From the IMG/VR virus record IMGVR_UViG_3300035703_000115, positions 1 through 56,995 of that record: a stretch of 56,995 nucleotides of DNA. One strand, written 5' to 3'. Below the pieces are notes generated by a model. The model was not told where the DNA came from. It saw only the letters and a program-made list of their open reading frames with translations, and ran no database searches. The translations under genes were made by a program, and so were the position numbers. Below are positions 44,245 to 52,931 of the stretch, in pieces (position 1 is the stretch's first letter; each line of letters opens with the position of its first letter). The DNA comes from a virus. Its lineage: Duplodnaviria > Caudoviricetes.

Positions 44245-45336
44245 ATGGCACTGGTTCGCGCCACCTTCAGAGCGCCACGCTCTTTCAGCGTCACCGTCAC
44301 CGGCACGATTGTCGGCAACACGGTGGTGCTTGAGGGCATTGGTCGAGGCGGTGGCGGCGGTGCATCTGGTGCAACCTTTGGCGGCGGCGGCGGTAAGGGC
44401 GGCGGTTATGCCAGAAGGAACGCGCAGGCAGTCGCAACCAACGACACCCTGGCCTTTGTCATCCCCGCAGCGGGCACGGGCGCAGGAACCGCCACCACGG
44501 TAGCGAGGAACGGGGCCAACGTCTTGACGGCGGGTGGTGGCAACGCGGGCGCGAACGGACAAGCCACGGCAGGCGGCGCGGGTGCTACCGCTCAAGCGCA
44601 GGCCAGTGTGGGTGATGTGACATTCACGGGCGGCAACGGCGCAAACGGTGGCCTGACCACAGGCGGCGCAGGCGGTGGTGGTGCTGGTTCAACGGCGAAC
44701 ACCACGGGTGCGGCGTCATCGCTCCAGTTCGGCCCCGGCAATACGGGCGCTGGTGGCGCATCGGCTGCGGCGGGTACTGCTGCGGGTGGTGCCGGTGGTG
44801 GTGCTTCAACGCTTGCAGGCGCAGGGCAGGGTGCGGCGGGTCAGGCAAGGCTGACACTGGACACCGGGCCGGGAACGATTGCCCACAGTGCTGTGTTTAC
44901 TCGGCGCTTGACGCTGTTTCGTCGCGTGACGGCAGCGATCACGAATCTTGCTGTTTTCAGCCGCAGGATCACGGCACGCAGGGCTTTCACGGCTTCAATC
45001 ACGCATCTGTCGCGGGCACTCAAGACGATCAAGCTGACCCGCAGCGCGAGCGTGACCCATGTGGCGGCTTACACGCGCAAGGCGATCCGGCTAACCCGCA
45101 CGGCGGCGATCACGCATTTGGCGCGGATTCGCAGGTCGCTTAGGTTCAGACGAGTGGCGACCATCGTACACAGCGCGGTGTTTCGCCGGTTGGTGACGCT
45201 TCGCAGGCGCTTCGTTGCTTCGATTCAGCAGCGGGCAAGGACGTTCCTGAAGTTGGAGGCGAGGCTGATCCCTCGCGCAGAAGGTGGCGGCACTGTTGTT
45301 CAGCAGTTCCGCAGCCTGTTTATCTTTGAGGACTGA
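44245..45336 (+). CDS. Gly-rich protein with Arg-rich beta-repeat C-terminus
   Basis: GGGGGG tracts followed by about 7 repeats of I.H.A...R...L.R. Confidence 0.65.
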   Translation: MALVRATFRAPRSFSVTVTGTIVGNTVVLEGIGRGGGGGASGATFGGGGGKGGGYARRNAQAVATNDTLAFVIPAAGTGAGTATTVARNGANVLTAGGGNAGANGQATAGGAGATAQAQASVGDVTFTGGNGANGGLTTGGAGGGGAGSTANTTGAASSLQFGPGNTGAGGASAAAGTAAGGAGGGASTLAGAGQGAAGQARLTLDTGPGTIAHSAVFTRRLTLFRRVTAAITNLAVFSRRITARRAFTASITHLSRALKTIKLTRSASVTHVAAYTRKAIRLTRTAAITHLARIRRSLRFRRVATIVHSAVFRRLVTLRRRFVASIQQRARTFLKLEARLIPRAEGGGTVVQQFRSLFIFED

Positions 45337-45337
45337 G

Positions 45338-45817
45338 ATGCTGAGGCGCGACTTGTCAGCATCGGATTTGCTCAACCGTCTGATGTGGTTGCCAAAGGCC
45401 ACCATCATCGTTGGTCTGGTGGCAATGACTTATTGGGCCTTTGATCGTAAGCCGCCGTTCGTTGTGCATTCGGCGCGGGTTGTGCCGCCGAGCATTCCGG
45501 GTGGCGCTCTGCTTGTTGAGGGGGAAGTTAGCCGGGATGTCTCTAGGCCATGTGACCTGACAGTGCATCACTGGGTTGAGGACTCGCAGGGGTATAGGCA
45601 CTACCTTCCTGTTGTGCAAATGCCTGCTGAGTCGATCAAGCGGTTAGAGCAGTCTATTAGCCCCGGCCGCACGAAATTTTCAACGATGCTGGCAACAGCG
45701 GTGCCGTTTGGTGCGGCGACGTACCACGCTGAAAACCAGTATGTGTGCAACCCAGTTCATGTGTTGCTGCCTATTTCGGTCATCACTCGTATTCCGTTCA
45801 CGGTCACATCCAAATGA
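45338..45817 (+). CDS. Membrane-anchored hypothetical protein
   Basis: N-terminal TM helix, DRKPP, C...YVCNPVH. Confidence 0.6.
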   Translation: MLRRDLSASDLLNRLMWLPKATIIVGLVAMTYWAFDRKPPFVVHSARVVPPSIPGGALLVEGEVSRDVSRPCDLTVHHWVEDSQGYRHYLPVVQMPAESIKRLEQSISPGRTKFSTMLATAVPFGAATYHAENQYVCNPVHVLLPISVITRIPFTVTSK

Positions 45818-46053
45818 GCGCCGAGCCGATCAAGATTTACAGCGGCCCGGAGCGCAGGAGCGGGCTCAGCATCAGCCGCGATCAGTTGGACTCCATTGCT
45901 GAACACGCGGCAGAGCGGGCCATTGAAAAGATGAAGGATGCATTCTTCAAGGAGTTGGGTCGCAAGGCTTTGCAATTCTTAATCTGGTTGGGCGGCGCTT
46001 TGGTGGTCGGCGTGTTTGCCTGGGCGCAGTCGAGTGGTTTGTTGCGGTGGTGA
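45814..46053 (+). CDS. Small holin-like membrane protein
   Basis: YSGPERR start and a C-terminal TM helix. Confidence 0.5.
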   Translation: MSAEPIKIYSGPERRSGLSISRDQLDSIAEHAAERAIEKMKDAFFKELGRKALQFLIWLGGALVVGVFAWAQSSGLLRW

Positions 46054-46260
46054 GCGGTTGTGAATACGCCGACACCCTTGATTGATTTTTAAGGGCTAGA
46101 AATGCTTGCTGCGATCCTGCTGAACCTGCCGGACTACCAGCGCAGGCGCGAACGTCACGGTGGTTCCGGCCAACGCGATTCATCTGAGCATCACAGTGCA
46201 GTGTTCGGCAGCAGCGGCCAACGTCACCCGTGGCGCTTGGGCTACGGTGGGGAATTGACC

Positions 46261-46470
46261 ATGATCCAGAGCAACACCCTGCAAGTGCGCCGCGTGATGC
46301 AGCGTGAGTTGGACGTAGACGGAAACGCCTCCTTCCACGAGACGCTGCAATTCCGCACGCGGGACGTCCTGGTGGCGGTACTGGGCGTCTCGCTTGGTTC
46401 TTGGAGCGCGTGGCAGAGCATCCCGCGCACCGAACTCATCTATGTGGATGAGGAAGGGGCGGCGCTGTGA
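46261..46470 (+). CDS. Hypothetical protein (the in-frame ORF extends back to 46102)
   Basis: MIQSNTLQVRR...WSAWQSIP; the upstream part looks chimeric. Confidence 0.45.
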   Translation: MIQSNTLQVRRVMQRELDVDGNASFHETLQFRTRDVLVAVLGVSLGSWSAWQSIPRTELIYVDEEGAAL

Positions 46471-46637
46471 AGATCACCAAGACCATCACCATCGACGGCA
46501 AGACCGCTGAGGAGTACGAGCAGATCAAGGCGCACCTTGAATCGCTCAAAGAGCAGTTCCCCGGCTGGACGATCACCTACGACCCGTTGCTGAAGCGGGC
46601 AACAGCCATCCGAAGCGACGAAGTGACGAGTCTGTAA
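46467..46637 (+). CDS. Small hypothetical protein (56 aa)
   Basis: GTG AAG ATC ACC..., GC3-rich; GTGA and TAATG coupling. Confidence 0.6.
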   Translation: MKITKTITIDGKTAEEYEQIKAHLESLKEQFPGWTITYDPLLKRATAIRSDEVTSL

Positions 46638-46732
46638 TGCTCCTCGCCCTCCAAAACAACCTGCTGCTGGCGCCGAGAAACAACGGCGGCGGCCTCTACA
46701 TCCTGCAGCGCCGTCGATTCCGCCGCGCGTGA
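46637..46732 (+). CDS. 31-aa peptide MLLALQNNLLL...RRRFRRA
   Basis: TAATG coupling; its stop overlaps the portal SD. Confidence 0.45.
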   Translation: MLLALQNNLLLAPRNNGGGLYILQRRRFRRA

Positions 46733-46740
46733 GGTAACAC

Positions 46741-48996
46741 ATGGACCAGATGACCGACTACACCGAGGAAGAACTGCAGGCGGCCAAGGAAAAGCTCGCC
46801 GCCAAGGTCGATGCCTTCGGTTCGGCCCTGTCGTCCAAGAGGCAGGAGGCCATCAACGGGCGCAAGAACTCGGGCATCGAGGACGAGTGGACGCTGGCCG
46901 AGGAGTCCTACCAGGGCGTTGATGACGCCAACCGCAAGGAGAACCAGGGCAAGCCCAGTGGCTCAGAGGGTGGCTACATCAACTCCTCTGTGCGGCCTTC
47001 TGTGGGCACCCGCTCGACCGTCTACCTGAACATCACCCGTCCGTATGTGGATGCGGCGGCAGCCAAGGTGGGCGACATGCTGCTGCCAACAGACGACCGC
47101 AACTGGGGTATCAGCCCGACTCCGGTGCCGGCGATTGCGCAGGTGGAGGAAAGCCCCGAGCTTGCCAACACCCCGATGGCGCAGGCGATCCTGCAGCTTC
47201 AGGCCCAGGCGCGCGAAGCCTGCAAGGGCGCGGAGCGGCAGATCGAGGACTGGCTTGTGGAGTGCCAGTGGCACGCCGAGTTCCGAAAGGTCATCGAGGA
47301 CTGCGCCCGCCTGGGCACAGGCATCCTGAAGGGTCCGTTCCCGGTCAAGCGCAAGTCCAAGGCTGTCAAGCGCATTGGCGGCATGACCGCAATGATGATG
47401 GAGGAGCGCATCGCACCCACCTCTCAGAGCGTCAACCCCTGGAACTTCTACCCCGATCCCTCTTGCGGCGAGGACATCCAGGACGGTAGCTACTGCTGGG
47501 AGAAGGATCTGATCAGCGCCAAAAAGCTGCGCGACCTCAAGGGTGTGCCGGGCTACCTGGAGTGGCAGATCGACAAGGTGCTGGAGGAGGGTCCGGGCGG
47601 CAAGCACAAGACCGACACGTTCGCCCCCGGCAAGGTCAAGGCGCAGGACGACGACCAGTTTGAAATCTGGTACTTCTACGGCACCGCCTCGCGTGAGGAT
47701 CTGGCTGCCGCAGGCGTGGAAATCCCGGGCGATCAGATGCTGGCCGTGCCGTGCCTTGTCACGATGGTCAACGACTGCGTGATCCGTGCGGCACTCACGC
47801 CGATGGATGACGGCGAGTACCCGTATGACGTGATGCCCTGGCAGCGCAAGCCCAACATGCCGTGGGGTACGGGCATCGCCATCCAGATCAACACGCCCCA
47901 GCGCATGATCAACGCGGGTGCGCGCAACATGATGGACAACGCCGGCTATTCGGCCGGTCCTCAGTTCGCCATGCGACGCGACGCGGTGGAGCCTGCAGAT
48001 GGCACATGGCAGATCACGCCGCGCAAGATTTGGTTCATCAAGGAAGGCGCGGATGTCAACGCGGTGCAGCAAGCCATTGTTGCCATCAACATCCCCACGA
48101 TGCAGCAGGAACTGCTGAACATCATTCAGTTCGCGCTGAAGATGGCCGAGGACGTGACGGGCCTGCCCATGATCATGCAGGGGCAGACTGGCCAGCAGGG
48201 CAGGGCGGCCGAGACGGTGGGCGGCATGCAGATGCTCAACAACAACGCCTCTGTCGTGCTGCGCCGCATCGCTCGTCTGGCTGATGACCGTGTGACTGAG
48301 CGCCACATCCGCCGCTACTACCGCTGGCTCATGGAGTTCCACGAGGACGACTCGATCAAGGGTGACTTCCAGATCGACGCCCGCGGCAGCACGGCCCTGG
48401 TGGAGCGCGATCTGCAGAATCAGAACATAGCGGCAATGGCTGAACTGGTTCTGAATCCTTCATTCGGTATCAGCCCGCAACGGTGGTTCTCAGAATTTCT
48501 CAAGGCCCAGCGACTTGATCCCGAGAGGTTCTTGTTGACCAACGAAGAGAAAGAGCAGATGGCCGCGCAGGCTGGGCAACAGCCCGAGGCGCCCCAAATT
48601 GCAGCCGCCCAAATTAGGGCTGAAACGGAGTTGCAGAAGACGCAGATGCAAGTCGAGGCCGATCTACAGAAGGCCCAGATGCAGACGCAGGCCGGCGTGC
48701 AGAAGATGCAGATGGATTCGGACAGGGATTGGGCCTATGTCCAAGCGGAAAACGAGCGCACCCAGATCGAGCATCAAGCCCGCATGGCTGAGCTTGAAGT
48801 CCGCAGGGAACTTGAGTTGTTGAAATACGCAAACGAGCAGCGCACGACACTGGAGTCGGTGAAGGCCCAGTTGGCCGCCACGGCTATGAAGCTCAATGTT
48901 CAGAAAGAGTTGGCCGGTCTGAAGGTTGGTCAGGTAGCAAAGCCCGAGGTGGAGCCCGCTGGGCGAGCGCCTGATGGACAGGCATTTGCTCGGTGA
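46741..48996 (+). CDS. Portal protein (P22-like)
   Basis: 751 aa; GTGILKGP, PWNFYPDP, PYD..W...WGTG; Gln-rich barrel C-terminus. Confidence 0.88.
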   Translation: MDQMTDYTEEELQAAKEKLAAKVDAFGSALSSKRQEAINGRKNSGIEDEWTLAEESYQGVDDANRKENQGKPSGSEGGYINSSVRPSVGTRSTVYLNITRPYVDAAAAKVGDMLLPTDDRNWGISPTPVPAIAQVEESPELANTPMAQAILQLQAQAREACKGAERQIEDWLVECQWHAEFRKVIEDCARLGTGILKGPFPVKRKSKAVKRIGGMTAMMMEERIAPTSQSVNPWNFYPDPSCGEDIQDGSYCWEKDLISAKKLRDLKGVPGYLEWQIDKVLEEGPGGKHKTDTFAPGKVKAQDDDQFEIWYFYGTASREDLAAAGVEIPGDQMLAVPCLVTMVNDCVIRAALTPMDDGEYPYDVMPWQRKPNMPWGTGIAIQINTPQRMINAGARNMMDNAGYSAGPQFAMRRDAVEPADGTWQITPRKIWFIKEGADVNAVQQAIVAINIPTMQQELLNIIQFALKMAEDVTGLPMIMQGQTGQQGRAAETVGGMQMLNNNASVVLRRIARLADDRVTERHIRRYYRWLMEFHEDDSIKGDFQIDARGSTALVERDLQNQNIAAMAELVLNPSFGISPQRWFSEFLKAQRLDPERFLLTNEEKEQMAAQAGQQPEAPQIAAAQIRAETELQKTQMQVEADLQKAQMQTQAGVQKMQMDSDRDWAYVQAENERTQIEHQARMAELEVRRELELLKYANEQRTTLESVKAQLAATAMKLNVQKELAGLKVGQVAKPEVEPAGRAPDGQAFAR

Positions 48997-49199
48997 AGCT
49001 CACCCAGTATGAACTCCAGAGCGCCGTGTGGGTCAAGTTGCGCGAGCACCTGGAGCGGCAGCTTCAAGACAGTCGCAGTCGCAATGACGGCGATCTGAAC
49101 GAAATCGACACGGCACGCCTTAGGGGGCGAATTGCCGTGATCAAGCAGATCCTGGCGTTCGGGGAACCGACACCAGAGCAAGCGGAGCCGGACGCTTAA
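48993..49199 (+). CDS. Small conserved head-module protein
   Basis: W.KL...R..ND..L....TA.LRGRI; lies between portal and scaffold. Confidence 0.65.
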   Translation: MKLTQYELQSAVWVKLREHLERQLQDSRSRNDGDLNEIDTARLRGRIAVIKQILAFGEPTPEQAEPDA

Positions 49200-49224
49200 A
49201 GCGCCCATGCTTCATCCCCGAAAT

Positions 49225-49251
49225 GCCCGCCTTGTGCGGGCTTTGTCTTTT
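49225..49251 (+). terminator. Hairpin/terminator
   Basis: GCCCGC-CTTGT-GCGGGC followed by TTTGTCTTTT. Confidence 0.65.
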
Positions 49252-49262
49252 CTGGAGCCCGT

Positions 49263-50144
49263 ATGACCACGGAGGCTATGCAAGAGCAAGTCCAAGATCA
49301 AACCACCGTCACCGCTGATGAGCAGCCGCAGGTTGAGCAATCAACCCCCGCGGTGGAGTCTCAGGAGCAGGCCGCGCCGCCGCAAGACGACGCAGCCGCC
49401 TTTGAGGCCGGATTCAATCAGGCGCAGGGAATCGAAACCCCTGAGCCTGAGCCCGCGCCTCCTCCCGAGCCCGTGCTGATTGCCGGCATGACCGAGGAGC
49501 AGATCAAGGAAGCTGTCGCCAAAGCAGCCGAGGTAGACAAACTCAAAGAGCAGCAGGCAAAGGTTTTCGGAACCATCGGAAATCTCAAGCAGGCGCTGGA
49601 CCAACTGAAGTCAGCACCGAAGCCCTCCGCGGCCCAGGTCCAACTGACCAAGGAGAAGTTCGCCCGTCTGTCAAAGGACTTCCCCGAGATGGCCGACATG
49701 ATCGCGGCCGACCTCAACGAAGCACTGCAGGGTGCGGCTGTTGGGGCGGATGCGAGCCAGTTCGAGGGCGTGGTGCAGCAGCAGGTGTCCTCTGCGGTGG
49801 ATCAGGTGAAAGCCGAGATTTCGCAGCAGTACGAACGCAAGCTGCTGAGCATTCAGCACAAAGACTGGCAGGAAGTCGTCAAGTCCAACGAGTTCGCGCA
49901 GTGGACGCAAACGCTCCCCGAGGACGTTCGCAATGAACTGGGCAGCACTTGGGACTCGACCTTCATCGGCGACAAGCTCACCGAGTTCAAAGCCTGGAAA
50001 CAGCAAAGCGCCACAAGTGCGCAGACCAAGCAAAAGCGCCTGGAAGCGGCCATCACCCCCAAGGGGACGCCGACAACCGGGAGCAATCAGTCCGAGTACG
50101 ACGCCTTCGTGAGCGGCTTCAAGTCCGCCCGGGGCATCAGTTAA
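49263..50144 (+). CDS. Putative scaffolding protein
   Basis: Acidic, helical; H.DW..V....F..W motif; upstream of the capsid gene. Confidence 0.7.
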   Translation: MTTEAMQEQVQDQTTVTADEQPQVEQSTPAVESQEQAAPPQDDAAAFEAGFNQAQGIETPEPEPAPPPEPVLIAGMTEEQIKEAVAKAAEVDKLKEQQAKVFGTIGNLKQALDQLKSAPKPSAAQVQLTKEKFARLSKDFPEMADMIAADLNEALQGAAVGADASQFEGVVQQQVSSAVDQVKAEISQQYERKLLSIQHKDWQEVVKSNEFAQWTQTLPEDVRNELGSTWDSTFIGDKLTEFKAWKQQSATSAQTKQKRLEAAITPKGTPTTGSNQSEYDAFVSGFKSARGIS

Positions 50145-50176
50145 GTAAGTGAATCGCGGTTGCGGTTCGGTTCTGT

Positions 50177-50273
50177 TTGAGTAATTGAAAGGCAAGGGCT
50201 AAAATAAGCGAAGGGCTGAAACCGCGCCAACGGTTGCAGCCCCTCTGACCAATCAACCTGTAAGAGAGGCTGA
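50177..50273 (+). promoter_or_regulatory. HEG promoter TTGAGT-N17-TAAAAT, leader hairpin and RBS-occluding hairpin
   Basis: GGGCTG..AACCG/CGGTT..CAGCCC stem at 50213-50242; TCAACCT/AGGCTGA pairs over the SD. Confidence 0.6.
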
Positions 50274-50274
50274 A

Positions 50275-50967
50275 ATGGCTAAGACCATTCTATCGGGCAT
50301 CTACCGAATAGACGGGCCGAGAGGCAAGTTCTATGTCGGCAGCGCACTCCACATTCCTCGCCGCTGGATCGAGCACAAGCGCGATCTTCGCCGGGGCGAC
50401 CATGCCAACGCCAAGTTGCAGGCCGCGTGGAACAAGTACGGTGAAAGCTGCTTTGTGTTGAGCATCATTGAGGTTGTGGCCTCCAAGGAGATGCTGATCG
50501 CAAGAGAGCAGCACTGGCTTGATGCGACGCAGGCTGCCAGCCGGGGTTACAACCTAACCCCTACGGCCGGAAGCCTGCTTGGCAAGAAGCACACCGAAGA
50601 AACACGGCGCAAGATGTCCGAGGCGCACAAGGGCCGCAAGCACGGACCGATGAGTGAAGAACAGAAAGCTCATTACTCCGAGTTGTATCGGGGCAAAAAG
50701 CTGTCTGAAGAAACTCGTGCGCGGATGTCTGCGGCCAAGACGGGTCGAGTTTTTTCGGATGAAACGCGTCAGCGCATCTCCGACGCTCATCGTGGTCGCA
50801 GTCTTTCAGAGGCGACCAAGCAAAAGTTGCGACTTGCCAACCTTGGCAAGAAGGCATCTGAAGAAACGAGAGCCAAGATGCGGGCTGCACAGGCGAATAG
50901 ACCCCCCATATCGGAGGAGACTAGGCGCAGACTGATTGCAGCGCAGGCCCGAAGAAAGAGTCAGTAA
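50275..50967 (+). mobile_element. GIY-YIG homing endonuclease with NUMOD3 repeats
   Basis: GIYRI...FYVGSA...RW..H...REQ...GYN followed by repeated SEETRxKMS motifs. Confidence 0.92.
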
Positions 50968-50980
50968 TTGCCGTGAACAG

Positions 50981-51006
50981 AAGCCGCCATGACAAGCGGC
51001 TTTTTT
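50981..51006 (+). terminator. Intrinsic terminator of the HEG cassette
   Basis: AAGCCGC...GCGGCTT continuing into a T6 run. Confidence 0.75.
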
Positions 51007-51060
51007 ATTGCTTAAACAGAACCGAACCAATACCGCAAGCCATTCTTGAAAGGAACAATC

Positions 51061-52128
51061 ATGGCTATCCAAAATATGGGTATTGGTAATGTCGGCGCGA
51101 CTCAGGCCGCCAGAATTGGAAAACTGAAGGGTGAGGTGTTGGCCCACGCCATCCCGGTCGAAGTGCTGGGCATGTGCGGCATGCAAAAGCAAATCCCGAA
51201 GAACCAGTCCGACACGGTGCTGTTCCGCCGCTGGACGCTCTCTGGCCCTGGCTCGGTGGACAACCGCTGGATCACGGGCGCCAACGTGAACACCTTTGCA
51301 GGTGCTCACCTGACCTCTGAGGGTGTGACGCCCACGGCTGATGCGCTGACGGCGACCGACATCACCGCCACGCTCAACCAGTATTCGTGCCTGTACTCGG
51401 TGACTGACCGCACCGTGGACATGTACGAGGACGACATCCCCTCGGAGATGAAGAAGCACACTGGCGAGCGCATCGGTCTGGTGCGTGAGATGGTGCGCTA
51501 CGGCGTCCTGAAGGGCATGACCAACCTGTTCTACGGCGGCACTGGCAACAGCAAGGCCACCACGAACGGCACGGTGTCGTTGAACCTGCTGCGCAAGATC
51601 ACGCGCTCGATCAAGGCCAACCACGGCAAGATGATCACCTCCACCCTGGCGGCGAGCCCCAACTTCGCCACTACCCCGGTTGAGGCCGCGTACATCGTGT
51701 TCTGCCACAGCGACCTGGAGCCGGCGATCCGCGATCTGCCCGGCTTCAAACATGTCTCGGAGTACGGCCAGCGCAAGCCGGTGCATGAAATGGAAATCGG
51801 CTCTTGCGAGTCCTTCCGCTTCGTGCTGTCGCCCGAGCTCGCTCAGGACATCAACGCCGGTGCATCGGTCGGTGCCACTGGCCTGCAGTCCACGGGCGGC
51901 GCCAACATCGACATCTATCCGATGATCGTTTGCGGCGAGGACGCTTGGGGTCAGGTCGCTCTGCGCGGCATGGACTCCATCGACGTGACCTACATCGCTC
52001 CTGGCCAAAAGGATAAAAACGATCCTCTGGGCCAGCGCGGCTTCATTGGCGCCAAGACGTACTTCACGACCGTTGTGTTGAACAACGGCTGGTCCGCCTT
52101 GGCCTGGGTGGGCACGCCTTCGCTGTGA
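51061..52128 (+). CDS. Major capsid protein, N4-gp56 family
   Basis: PKNQSDTVLFRR, LTSEGVTP, HEMEIGS, DPLGQRG. Confidence 0.92.
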   Translation: MAIQNMGIGNVGATQAARIGKLKGEVLAHAIPVEVLGMCGMQKQIPKNQSDTVLFRRWTLSGPGSVDNRWITGANVNTFAGAHLTSEGVTPTADALTATDITATLNQYSCLYSVTDRTVDMYEDDIPSEMKKHTGERIGLVREMVRYGVLKGMTNLFYGGTGNSKATTNGTVSLNLLRKITRSIKANHGKMITSTLAASPNFATTPVEAAYIVFCHSDLEPAIRDLPGFKHVSEYGQRKPVHEMEIGSCESFRFVLSPELAQDINAGASVGATGLQSTGGANIDIYPMIVCGEDAWGQVALRGMDSIDVTYIAPGQKDKNDPLGQRGFIGAKTYFTTVVLNNGWSALAWVGTPSL

Positions 52129-52135
52129 TCTGAAT

Positions 52136-52158
52136 GAGGGGCTGCGGCCCCTCTTTCT
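52136..52158 (+). terminator. Hairpin after the capsid gene
   Basis: GAGGGGC-TGCG-GCCCCTC followed by TTTCT. Confidence 0.55.
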
Positions 52159-52180
52159 CTCAACTCTATAGGAGCCCAAC

Positions 52181-52372
52181 ATGGCACTTCCCGAGTCCGT
52201 GTCGCAGAGCGTTGCGGCACTGCAGATTGACAAGATGAGCGAGCGCGAACTGCGCAAGCTCTTGGCCGCCTTGGTCGATGGCATCCAAGCCATCACCGCC
52301 AAGCTCGACGCCGATGCCGGCGTGACCGACACCAACTACACGGCGACCTTCGCCAACTTCGTGCGCGACTAA
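52181..52372 (+). CDS. Small virion-associated protein
   Basis: AKLDADAGVTDTNY motif; SD AGGAG. Confidence 0.65.
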   Translation: MALPESVSQSVAALQIDKMSERELRKLLAALVDGIQAITAKLDADAGVTDTNYTATFANFVRD

Positions 52373-52392
52373 CCCTCAAGCACTTCACCCCC

Positions 52393-52428
52393 AAAGCCGC
52401 CACGGTTCGCCCTGGCGGCTTTTCTTTT
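52393..52428 (+). terminator. Intrinsic terminator
   Basis: AAAGCCGCCA...TGGCGGCTTT followed by TCTTTT. Confidence 0.75.
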
Positions 52429-52443
52429 ACCAGGAGAAAAGCA

Positions 52444-52929
52444 ATGCCCCGTGGAATCCCCAACTCTCGCTACCAAGACGCCGCAGAAGTCGCCCAGCGC
52501 CCCGGCCTGGACATGCCCACCACCGGCTCGGTTGACGACATCCAGCGCACCGACCTGAACATCGAAATCGCCACGCCCGACATGGCCGGCGACTACGCTG
52601 CGCAACTGGCGTTCATGGAGGAGAAGCTGGATGTGATCGTCCACGAGTCCACCGACAAGAACGCCGACCCCATCGTGGACGTGTACGTCAACGGCGTGCC
52701 CCAGCGTTTCATTCGCGGGCAGGTCCAGACCGTGCGCCGCAAGTTTGTGGAAGTCCTGGCCAACGCCCGCGAGACTTCCATCCAGACCAAGAACCTCACC
52801 GGCAATGATGGCGAGGTCATGCAGCGCATCAACAAGCACACCGCGCTGCGTTATCCGTTCTCGGTGTCCAACGACCCGAGCGGCCCGCGCGGCGCCGTGT
52901 GGCTCAAGCAAGTGCTGTCGGCGGCCTGA
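52444..52929 (+). CDS. Conserved phage protein
   Basis: VNG...RG...RKFVEVLA...YPFSV..DP..RG..WL; SD AGGAG. Confidence 0.7.
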   Translation: MPRGIPNSRYQDAAEVAQRPGLDMPTTGSVDDIQRTDLNIEIATPDMAGDYAAQLAFMEEKLDVIVHESTDKNADPIVDVYVNGVPQRFIRGQVQTVRRKFVEVLANARETSIQTKNLTGNDGEVMQRINKHTALRYPFSVSNDPSGPRGAVWLKQVLSAA

Positions 52930-52931
52930 AC

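Larger units (their letters stand above)
50164..51028. repeat. 22-nt inverted repeat (two G-U pairs) bracketing the GIY-YIG cassette
   Basis: GGTTCGGTTCTGTTTGAGTAAT (50164-50185) pairs fully with ATTGCTTAAACAGAACCGAACC (51007-51028) as RNA. Confidence 0.85.

Noticed and set aside
46963-48342. Long minus-strand ORFs (also 50806-52335, 40763-42052, 19120-20166, 2438-3568)
   Set aside because: These are antisense shadows of GC3-rich genes, without SD sequences or recognisable motifs.
50145-51060. Group I intron around the GIY-YIG gene
   Set aside because: The insertion is intergenic, the flanks are too short for a catalytic core, and the cassette has its own promoter and terminator.
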